This document shows positions 26,509 through 36,635 of a DNA stretch of 64,000 nucleotides, piece by piece. Source of the stretch: Moniliella sp. 'wahieum' (taxonomy: Eukaryota); NCBI GenBank assembly GCA_003971905.1, contig RSEE01000091.1:124001-188000 (forward strand). Reading direction: 5' to 3'. The position numbers and the translations under genes are program-made. The number at the start of each line of letters is the position of its first letter. Positions within the stretch are counted from its first letter, which is position 1. The notes under the pieces are model-generated. The model made no database searches and had not been told where the DNA came from. It was given only the letters and a program-made list of their open reading frames with translations.

Positions 26509-27460
26509 TTACAATTCGTCAAAGGGACCACCCAGCTCAGCGACAATCTCAGCCGCCGAGGAAATGTGGTGGATGCCCCGGCCGAGGAGGAGACGGTGAT
26601 GTAACCAGCCACCAAATCACCCTCGTACAGAGCCGCCTGATAAGGGCTGCGTGTCTTGTCTAAGCTCTCCACGCCCTTGAGAGGGGGGATGATGCGTGAG
26701 GACTTGTGCCCGTTGCTAACCTCAATCAGCTCTTCGGACTTTACCTGTAAGATGGCCTGTTTGGCCACCATACAGGTACGGCACTCCTCTGCGACCATAA
26801 ACCTCGTTCCGGCAAACACGCCCGCTGCACCAAGGGCTCGAGCGGCAGCCGCGGTGCGGTGGTTGTACACACCTCCAGCAGCCAAGACGGGGATGTGGAG
26901 GGCATCAACAATTTGTGGTACAATAACCATCGTCGACACATCGTTTCCACTCAGTAGCCCGCCTGATTCGTGCCCTGTTGCAACGTAAATGTGCACCCCA
27001 GCCTGCTCAGCAGCCAGGGCTTTGCTAACGGTAGGAGTGATGTCCCGATAAACGATGGTTACACCACCGCACGGAATCGGTCCAGGTAAGGAGCTGCCTC
27101 AGAGAGCGGGTGGTGGTTGACAAATGACGACTGGCACGTTCTCCTCCACAATCACATCGGCCGCAATGGTAGGCCAGATCGCCATGTAATCCACTGCCCC
27201 CTTCGCGGGGGGACGATGAAGTTGACGCCGAAAGGGTGGGTGGTGAGGGTACGAAGTTTGCGCACCTCGGCACGTAGCTGCTCGCGCGCCTCGCCCAGGT
27301 CGCGCATCGGGGTGGTGCGACCGGCGCTGGGGCCAAGGGTGCCCAGTCCACCGGCATTGCTCACTGCCGCAGCTAGCTCAGCGAGGTGATCCAGGAGCAA
27401 GGTGCTTGCACAACGGGGTGTCGAATGCCGAGCAGGTCCTGCACACGCTTTCTCGGTCAT
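26509..27460 (-). CDS. Nitronate monooxygenase / 2-nitropropane dioxygenase (FabK-like FMN TIM barrel), bacterial-type, apparently intronless
   Basis: Frame-corrected: MTEKRVQDLLGIRHPVVQAPCSWITSAELAAAVSNAGGLGTLGPSAG...HPFGVN...YRDITPTV...VATGHESGG...VIVPQIVDALHIPVLAAGGV...ALGAAGVFAGTRF...GDLVAGYITVS...AEIVAEL. Confidence 0.9.
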
Positions 27461-28713
27461 CGTGCTCGGTGGGAGAGGGGGGGAGATGGTCGGGGGGTTA
27501 CAGCGGGGTGCCTGCTTCAAGTCCCGCCGGGAGAGGGGGGCTGCTTAAATCTACTTGAGCCCACAGCTAAAAGGTCCGGGCCGAACTGGGACTGACCAAT
27601 CAACGTAGTCAATATGTCCGGGCCGAGAAATCCGACGCATCGGACATGTGATCGTCGCGAGTGGCTGCCAGTGGTCCCGACCTGTCCCGACCGCCCCCCG
27701 GGGCCGGAACAGGCCGGAACAGCCGGAACGGGAAGGTGTGATCCTGGTGATCAGTGATCGATCGGTCATCCTTTTTCAAGGGTGTTAATTACTCCCAGCG
27801 CTCCCCACGCTATATGATGCGTGGCAGCGCAGCATATTTTTGCCACCTTCTTGCCACCATCGACTCCACTGCCCCTGCCCCCTTCTAGCTAACCCACGAG
27901 CCACTGATGGGCGTGCTCCCCTGTGTCTGTGTTGTGGCTTTGCTTTTACGTCCGCACCCCACACGTTTTCGCCCTCCCCCCTCTCCCCTTAATTCTCCCT
28001 ACATTTTCCTGTCTCCTCTCTCCATCCACATGCGTCCCTTTGATATATACGGGACCACACAGGCAGCCGGTTATGTGGAGGTTATCTCTCCAGTGCCCTG
28101 CACTCGTAGATCTCGTCGAAGCACACACCGGTCGCGCGATAGTCTCGTAACGCGTATAACACGACAAAGGACAACGATCCACACTGCGGATATCCTCCGC
28201 AGCCACAGCCACTGTGCGTGCCATACGTCACCGGTGGCCCGAAATATTAAGCTCAGCCTCTGTAGTGGCCCACACCGCGACGGCGCCAACATGTGTCAGG
28301 GTATTGCCTCATAAACGGTATCGGTAAGTCTTGGGGAGGGGACTTTGGGAGGGGACTGTTGTTCACGACGTTCACGGGATATCGAGGGGGTCTTGGGGAG
28401 GTGGTACGCGCGGCGGGAGGCCGCCTGAGGCCTGAGGCCAGAGGATGGAAAGGGGGCTCCTTTAATTGTGGGTCGCAAAGGAGGATACGATAAAAACTTT
28501 CTCATGCAGGCTGATGCAACTGGTGTGCCTGATGTGTCTGGTGTGCCTGATGCAGGAGACAATGATTAATGATGGGTTAAACCACAGGCACAGGAGAAGC
28601 CCAGGTTGGATTGAACGTTGATTAGACTGCTGATATATAATCTCCGCGATCCCCCCGCAAACACCGCTGATCGCGCGCCCTATTCCCCCCCCTCTTCGCT
28701 ACCATCAACTTCG

Positions 28714-31090
28714 ATGCTCAACCGCTTTCCCTTTGAGATCCTTCTGCAAATCGCCATCAGCGGCCACCTCGCACCTCGTGAACTCATCCACCTGTCGTGG
28801 ACGTGTCAAGGTACTCACACCCCTCCTGCATGTGCAGCCCCAAGCATCACCCTATATGCTAGGAAACGGCATCTGTAGTATCCAGGCCTCCATGTCGGAT
28901 CCGCTAACTCTCTGTGCTCTTTCCAGGTCTACATGCCACTTTGCAAGACGAAACGCTGTGGCACCATGTCGCTTTAATTCTTCTTCGTCTTCCATCTATG
29001 GCCACCACTCTCCCCAGGCCGCCGAGTGTGCCGGGTTTAAGGTCGCACCGCGCACGTGGCAGGGACTGCTCGTTGCTTGTGAGATGCTGGAGGAAGTGTT
29101 TGGGTGGACCATGACGGGAACCTCTCTGCGTCCTAAGCGTTCCACCTCTCACCGGATTGGTCATCCATTTATGCGACGACGCACTCGGCATAAAAAAGAA
29201 TCCGATTCATCTCTATGCCCGCACGTCGCCTCTGCTCTTCTCCCTCGTGTTCGGTGCGACGCGGCTGTGGGCCTGTGTGAGCGAGCAGAGTCGCCCCTGC
29301 CCACGTTTGCCCCTCCGGCACGGGCTATGGACCGGCGCCGAGTCAAAGGATTTGACGATCCCCGATGTTATGTGTTGACTGACGTGGTTGTGATGGAAGA
29401 TGTGTGCGAGTCCTCTCAATCCGGCCACATCTGGTCATGTCCGGCACCGGAAGAAGATACTTTTGGTGGGGCGGCGGTACTGGAAAGAAGGCTGGCTTTT
29501 GCTCAAATGGAGAACCAAAATGCCCAAGACGATGTCGGTAGACGACCCCCGGTACCACCGCTCTCGCGTGTCAGTATATCGAACAAGGGAAGACGGCCTT
29601 GGGGATTGCAAACCCATGAAAGAGCGAACTGGGACAAAGCCTATGACGTGCTGTACTCAGAATATCAATTTGCTGCAATCGTGCAGTACCCTTATCTGTT
29701 TACCTTGTAAGTGTATCGTCATCCTAAAATGAGAAGCGTGTGAACACGTTGTGCCTGACTTCTATGTACGATCACGGTGATTTTCATCAGGGGTTCCGTA
29801 CCCGGCCCATCCAACGCCCAGTCTGAACTCACCACTTACAACCTTCTCACCCAAAAGAGGGGTTGTGACACTAAACCTCGATTTTAGAGAAGGGTATTAT
29901 GGTCGTATCTGCTTGCATATCCATGGGAAATGGGCCTACCTTTGGAACGAACGTGCTTGGAGCGTGTTCGATCGTGAGACCGGCACCCGCCTCTCCAATT
30001 TTGCTCAGCTCATGTCTCCCAAAGCTGGAATGAATATGCGCCGGTCCTATTTTACTCTCCATGGCCTAGCCACACCTCATGGTCACTCGTACCTACGACG
30101 CGCGACTACGCTACCAGATTTGGACGACCCTGAACCTTTGTGGTGGTTTTCAGCCTGGCCCTTAACAGACACATGGGTCTTTCTGCTCCCCCAGCGAACG
30201 GCGGGCCAGATACGTTTAGTGTTGGTCAAGAACTACTCTTCCTTATTAACCCCAAACTCCCCAAACCCTGATCCCTGGATGGCGGCCATCGATATCGGTC
30301 CCTCACAACCCCCGGAAACATACCGACGTACTGGGAGTGGAAGCCAGCCACAGAGGCCAAGTGCGATCTCCTTATTGATGACGGTCGAGGCCTTCTCCCT
30401 GTCATGGTTTCCAACTGGCACGTTCAAGTGTCCCATGACCAATTAACTGACCGCGTTATTGGCCAATACAAATCGTTCGATGGCAAACCTTCCCTCCTGA
30501 AGAAACCTCGGCCTACAACTCAAGTTGTTGGCTCGATGCGGATGGTTTTGATCGATTGGAAGTATGCTTCGCGGGCGGACGAGATTCGCATCACTGACCT
30601 CCCCCTGCCTGCGGTGAGGATGGACGCGTCGAAGCCTGAGCCAATAGTGTTGGGTACGAACTTTTCCCTTCCGGGCCCATGCGCGGAGGGGACCAAATGG
30701 CTGGGCATTATGCACAGTCCCCGACAACTCCTACCCACCTCCAGCGTGCTCACATCAGCCGGTGCCACCGTCGCATGCACCTCTTTTAGGGCCTCCTTGG
30801 AAATGGTTATCGCGCAAGTACGTACTCCTTTCCAATCGGCATACAGTGCAATATGGTTAACCCCAGGGTGTCTAGTGTGTGACGAAGGAGAAAGCACGGC
30901 TGAACGCCATCCTCCAAAAGGTCACCCCTCAGGACACCGACGGGCCAATAAGCGATGGACTGGGAAAGGAGGCCGACCTGCCCTATGTGGTGCACTGGGA
31001 CTGGGGCACGCAGGCACACGACTGGCTGAGGACCCATTAAGTTTCTGGAGTTGCGGTGGCCATATTGCTGGGGTGCGGCAAGTGCCCTGA
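28714..31090 (+). CDS. F-box protein, lineage-specific family, copy 1
   Basis: Splicing out intron 28811-28926 (GT...CTAAC...CCAG) gives MLNRFPFEILLQIAISGHLAPRELIHLSWTCQGLHATLQDETLWHHVAL, an F-box-type pattern. The downstream region is homologous to copy 2. End approximate. Confidence 0.75.
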
Positions 31091-31783
31091 ACTACCTTGG
31101 TCTAGTCGTAGTACCCTGTTGATACATAATCCGCAATACCTTCGTCCCTTCATCGATTGCTAATCTGGCGAAAGCACCTTCTCAACTATGTGGAGGGCGC
31201 CACCAGAGATATCCTTTTGGACGGTTACGCGTTACGCCCCTCGCAGGCGTGCGTCACCGATCAACTTGGGGCCGTTGTGCAGGGGACCTAGCACTGCCCT
31301 CTAGCAACCGGGCCCAGGATTTCTATTGACGCTGACAGCCCAACTGGAGGGCAGCCAAATCACTGCCCAGGATGCTTGAGCGAACCTGTTTGGCATAGCA
31401 TTGCTGTTATTTCTGCCGATGCAATCAGTTGCGTACAGGGGTCTCGCGACGCGTTTCATACTTTAGCGTGCTTCTCGTAATAAAAGGGGTAAGAGCACGC
31501 GGCTGGACGAGAAGTGGAGTCGACAAATAGAAACATTGCGCATCAAATGTTCATTTCAAATTTAAGTTTAGGGTTGGTCGGCGATTTGTCGACGGCGCAA
31601 TAAAATGCTGGCGCATGGGGAGCCAGTACCATGCCGATTCCTTGCTGCGGCTGTGAAGGCCAATGGGACAGGGACAGTGCCTTGCTCTGAGCGCAGTACT
31701 GCGCTCGCTTTGCCGGATGTCGGTTGTCTGCTTTCGCAAGCCCGACTTCGCGGTTTGCTGTCCACCACACCAAGCGATCTGAG

Positions 31784-32013
31784 GTGAGTCCCGACTTGAG
31801 TCGACTCTGGGGCAAGTGAGAGGGGATTGCGTCTCTGGCTACATGGATTCAGGGGTGTGCCGCTACGCTTGTCCTGACCTTGTCCTGATCCCCCTACCGC
31901 GGTGGTCCAGGAGTTGTCCCAGCCAAGGACGGCGATGCCCCTCTCGCCACATCTTCTGGCCACTTGTTGGGATCTTGACGTACTAACGCGCTGTCATCTC
32001 CTTTTCATTCCAG
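31784..32013 (+). other. 5'-UTR intron of the Ubl-eL40 gene
   Basis: GTGAGT donor at 31784, TACTAAC branch site at 31981, pyrimidine tract and CAG at 32011-32013, 10 nt upstream of the ATG. Confidence 0.7.
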
Positions 32014-32023
32014 GTCTTTCGAG

Positions 32024-32489
32024 ATGCAGATCTTCGTCAACTCTGTCCGGGGCAATACCCTGACCCTGGCTGTGGCCCCCGAGGCTACCGTCGAGTCGGT
32101 CAAGGCTCTCAACTTTGCGCGTGACGGCATCCCCGCCGCGGAGCAGCGCCTGCTCTACGGTGGCAAGCAGCTCGCCGATGGCCGCACCCTTGCCGACTAC
32201 GGCATCCAGAAGGACTCGACGCTGCACATGTCGCTGAGGTATGTTTGATCCCAACCTACAAGGAACGTGGCGATGGCGTCTGGGGTGTACTAACGGAAGT
32301 TGGCGTTGTATCTCTTAGCCTTCTGGGTGGTATCATTGAGCCCTCGCTCAAGGTGCTCGCCTCGAAGACCAACGTTGAAAAGCAGATCTGCCGCAAGTGC
32401 TACGCTCGTCTTCCTCCCGTGCGACCAACTGCCGGAAGCGCAAGTGCGGCCACTCGTCGCAGCTGCGCAAGAAGAAGGTCCTTAAGTAA
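32024..32489 (+). CDS. RPL40: Divergent ubiquitin-like domain fused to 60S ribosomal protein eL40
   Basis: Exon 32024-32238, intron 32239-32318 (GTATGT...TACTAAC...TTAG), exon to TAA 32489. Protein [15 protein letters not shown]...[14 protein letters not shown] | [52 protein letters not shown], restoring one C missing from a C-run near 32418. Confidence 0.95.
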
Positions 32490-32799
32490 ATGCGACCCCG
32501 CTTAGATCTGTCTGGTCTCTGCCTTTGTCCATCCCTGGATATTGGTGGAGGCCGACGCCAAAAGATAGGGCCATTGGGGGAGGGTTTTCCTACCCCATTT
32601 TGACGTGCTAGGCTTGGGCACTGTCAAGGACAGTCAGCGCTTGCTCTGGCGTTGATCATTTTGCTCCCTGGCCTTGTTGTCAAGCCGCCTTTTCATGTCC
32701 CTATGCATGCGCTCCCCTAGCGTGTCTTCATGCATGCTGCTTAACTAATCGGCAAAGACTTGCATAGCGTTGCCCGACAGTTTATGGGACAATCAAACT

Positions 32800-33110
32800 G
32801 GTGCTTTGTTGGTGCGCACCGCATGGATGCAAGACGGAGAATACGTAAAGCGGCGCGATACCACAGAGGCTCCTCTTGCCAAGTAGCATGGAGACCTGGG
32901 ACGAGCACAGAGAGGTAGCGATTTGGGAACTGAGGTCTGGGTAACAATATACTACAGATGTCTCGCTTCTAACCCCCCCCCACAGGGCGATGCTTAGGGG
33001 AGCAAGAGGGAGCTGCGAGCGCCTTGTCACATCCATGAGGTCACGAGGTGCGATGTGGGCGCTGGTGGCGATATGCAGTACGATGTCAAAGAGAAGGCAG
33101 TCGAGCACCA
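32800..33110 (-). pseudogene. Truncated, degenerate F-box family fragment (copy 4)
   Basis: VLDCLLFDIVLHIATSAHIAPRDLM, intron remnant (...ctctctgtgctcgtcccag), then GLHATWQEEPLWYRAALRILRLASM. No ATG at the homologous position and homology stops after the F-box. Confidence 0.8.
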
Positions 33111-33379
33111 CTTGATGATGTGAAAGAGGACGACCAGTGGCGTTTGCGGGGCTGAGATGAATATGCACCCGTTGAGATCCCAACCCGGCCCAGAACTCAG
33201 CCGGGTTTCACTATCACTGCACCTGTCTGCAACATCACGCATGCATCACGCACCTCAGCAGGTACCTGTGGTCATAGAAATAGCAGAGCCAACCCCGCAA
33301 CAAGAGGCTTGAAAACGCTTGCCCCCACCAGGCCCCACCCCCTCTGTTCTTGGACACACGGGGACCCACCATCGCCAGC

Positions 33380-34777
33380 ATGCAAATCAAGCTGGCCCCC
33401 GGCGCTCGCACTCACGTCCTTATTGCCCCCGAGCCCGTGCACACGCGTCCCCTCTCCCTCCTTGGCAACCAGTATACCATCCAGGCGAGCTCTTCCGCCC
33501 GTCCGCCAGTTCGCTGCGTGCCCTCCTTGTTCTCGCCAATGCGACCGGCGTGACCGCGAGTTTTTACCGCTTGTTTGCGCTCTGGTTTGCCTCCCAGGGC
33601 GTTGGGGTGGCAACATTTGACTACCGATGGACTGGACGCTCTATCCCCCCCGGCTACAGTGGCGATGATGGGGTGCGCGCGTGTCCAGACAATGTGAGCT
33701 TGACGGGGACATGGGCACGAGAAGACTTGCGGCTGGTTATCAGTGCGCTACGGGACGAAGCATTTGCCCTTTTGGGTGCGGCGGCGGACGAATTGGAGTT
33801 GACAGTGTTGGGTCATTCGTTGGGAGGGCATTTGGCCGCTGTCCAAGACGCTGCCTTTACTCTCAGGCCGAATCATGGTGGTCGTGGCCAGACCGTCTCT
33901 CGCATCCTCACTGTGGGCGGGGCGAACCCGCACTGGCGTATGCACACCCACACCTCCCCTGAGGCAGTGAAGCACTTTTGGCAACACATGATTGCCCGCG
34001 GATGATGACCGAGGGTGTCTTCCGTTCCTCTGCCGCTGGGCTGGGAGTAGATTATCCTGCCAGCCCTGGGTGGGAGTGGTATGAGTGGTAGGTGTCTCTT
34101 ACCACACATTTGAGGAACCGACGCCAAATACTGACCCGTAATGTTACCAGGATGATGCACCCGCTCTTTAGCCTGGCACGAGAGGAGAATGAGAACCACA
34201 TGCGTGCCAACTTGGCTGCCATCCCGTTGACCATACTCCAGTTCCAAGATGACAATATGATTCCCCTGGAGTACGTGTCGTTTCTCTATGGCTGGCGAGT
34301 TAGAATGTGTACTTATCATCATCTCTGTGGATTTGTGGACCCAGTGCCATGTTTGAAAAGATGGCAAGCCAATATGCGGCGGCACAGCCTCTCCCACTCA
34401 AGCTCGATCCGGCACTGCCGTATGACGAGGGTGTACTGCCCTATGGAGGGCATGTGCATCTCTTCCGTCCCGGCACTAACGGTGGCCCGTCCATCACCAC
34501 CGACAGCGTTGTTCTCCGGCGAGAAGATGTCTACTGGCCGTTCGTGCTCGCCTACGTCTTGCACGGGGAGGTGGACACAGACCTGCTGAGTCAAGTGCGA
34601 CTGTGCCACCGTACCATCGACTTTGCCCGTGCCAGGATGGAGGAGAAGGAAGCGCGCCGGGAGGAATGCGAGGCAGCACGAGTGGCAGGAGAGCCGATTC
34701 CGATATTTGAGCGGGCGGATGTAGAAGAAGCAGGGCCTGCCACGAGGCTGCAGGAACATCCCACTGCCCGGCTTTGA
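33380..34777 (+). CDS. Alpha/beta hydrolase (resembles the COG4757-type predicted hydrolases)
   Basis: ANATGVTASFYRLFALWFASQGVGVATFDYR...TWAREDL...LTVLGHSLGGHL (nucleophile elbow), acidic FQDDNMIP and histidine GGHVHLFRP. Introns near 34088-34150 and about 34271. Confidence 0.82.
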
Positions 34778-34989
34778 TGGCCTACCAACTACTGCAATAG
34801 GCTGTCTATTGTTACGGGCCGCGTCTCGGATCTAAGATGGTCTGATTCGAACTAAGGTCCTTCTGCTCTACCCACACCCAGTAGAGCGCGCTCCCAACTC
34901 CAACCAAGTTTGACCGTTGCTGGTCAAACCTTGTGCGGTGGCCCCGATGGTCACGCATCCGGTCGCACCTTGCTCAAGTTGAAGTCGGT

Positions 34990-35560
34990 GGCCATAATGA
35001 GGCCACCGCCAAGTTGTCGGTATCATTAATACAACAATACAACAATTTTCGCCGCGTTCCCGTTTCTCTCTTTCCATTGTGCCTGTGGCATCCAACCTCC
35101 CGTTTCTATGTCCCCCTTTGCACCCCTTCATTGTATGGTTTTCCTTTTAGATCTAGCCTGGACCCCTAGTTGGTGGGGATCTTTGCCCCTTTCATTTGCG
35201 CTGCCTTCAGCCTTTCCTGTTCACCACATCTGCCTTTTCTCCAGGCAATTGTCCACAACCTCGTCTCCACTTAGTTTCCTCCTTGCCATTCGATCTCGCC
35301 TTTGAACTCCCGTCTCCCCGCTCTCAGCGTTTCCAACAGTCAAGCCGGGCGAGCCCTCCTCTAGCCACGTCGAGTTCAGTACCAGTCTTGTCGCGTCGGT
35401 TTCTATTCGAGCCCCGCGAATCCGGCCCCTGCCAAGTCCTAGCTCTAACAGTGTTTGTCCTCTGCTTCCATTTCCCGTCCCTGAGCCTCGAAGGCTTCAG
35501 ACACGTCAGGACTGCCAAAGCAGGTGCATACCCATCCTTGTCACACACCTGCAGACATCC
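34990..35560 (+). repeat. Degenerate dispersed repeat, copy A (homologous to about 50050-50600)
   Basis: Colinear matching blocks, e.g. ttcccgtccctgagcctcgaaggcttcagacacgtc vs ttcccatccctaagcccggggcttcagacacgtt, and cccctagttggtggggatctttgcccc vs ccccttgttgatggggatcctttcccc. Confidence 0.7.
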
Positions 35561-36635
35561 CTGTGCTCTACACCCAGATGCCACTCTCCTTGTCCCTAAT
35601 ATAGCTCTGATGCTCGGATCCCCCAACCAGCTAGTCAAGCACTAAATTCTTTCTTACTGCTGGAGTAATCATCTCTGCCACTGGTCTTCTCTTCGTCGCT
35701 CTTCGCGCCCTACCTTGATTATATATATCCGACTTAGTTTGGGTGGCTGCCTGCGTGCGAAGGCCGCAGCTCACAGACCCTCCGAGGTAGGAGCCGCGTA
35801 CATAGGTCGTTAGACCAGTTGAAGGGGTCCAGGAGCTCCCAAGTTACTCTGTTCCTCATCGCAGCGTTACCACACTCGGAACGCTGTAGTAGGCGGGAAC
35901 AGACAGAGCTATAAAGACTCAAGAGCAAGCGCTTCTGATGAGGGCAACCACGGCTTGCAGCGTACTCGACGGAATAAGTCGTAAATTCGTAAGCGTAAGG
36001 GTGGTAGAAGGTGTAAGTATTGTGCAGCTAAGTGGGGATGGAGGTGGTAAAGTCATAAGATTTACTGCATAGCTCCCACAGGAGCAATGCTCCCATTCGC
36101 AAAGAGTAAAAACAAGAAAGATAAGAAAACTACTGCTGCAGTGCCACTGGTCGCATGTCACCAGTATAGCACGCAATTCATCCACACAACAGTAAGAGCG
36201 AGAGAGGAACGGGTAGTCGGGGAGACCAAAACAGGAGACAATATGGTCGACAAGGATCACAGCTAGCAAGCCTTAGTAGACATGGCTGCTTAGTATATAC
36301 AACAGAAGGAATCAGGTCTCAAGTGCCTCATCACAGAAGGGATAAACAGAATGCGGGGCACTTTCTAGAGAGTTAAAGACTAATGCACAGCCATGCTCTC
36401 AAAGGCGCTGACGCTGCGTAGTCGGGCGCAGTAGGAAGGATTCTGCCACGGCTGGACGCGATGGGTACACAGTATCGTACCGATGAACCCATGCGTCCTT
36501 GGCGGCGACCGGGATGATATCCATCATGGATAAGGCGTCGACTGACTCTTTCGCGATAGTCAACAAGGCTGACGCGTGTCCGGCTGAGATGTCTACGACA
36601 TGTGGGGCTCAACGTCCGGAGATAACAGGAGCGCC

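Noticed and set aside
32024..32340. Ubl domain as NEDD8/Rub1
   Set aside because: It lacks NEDD8 hallmarks (MLIKVK, KQM, GGSVLHLVLALRGG) and retains ubiquitin-type MQIFV, DGRTL.DY.IQK.STLH. It is ubiquitin-derived.
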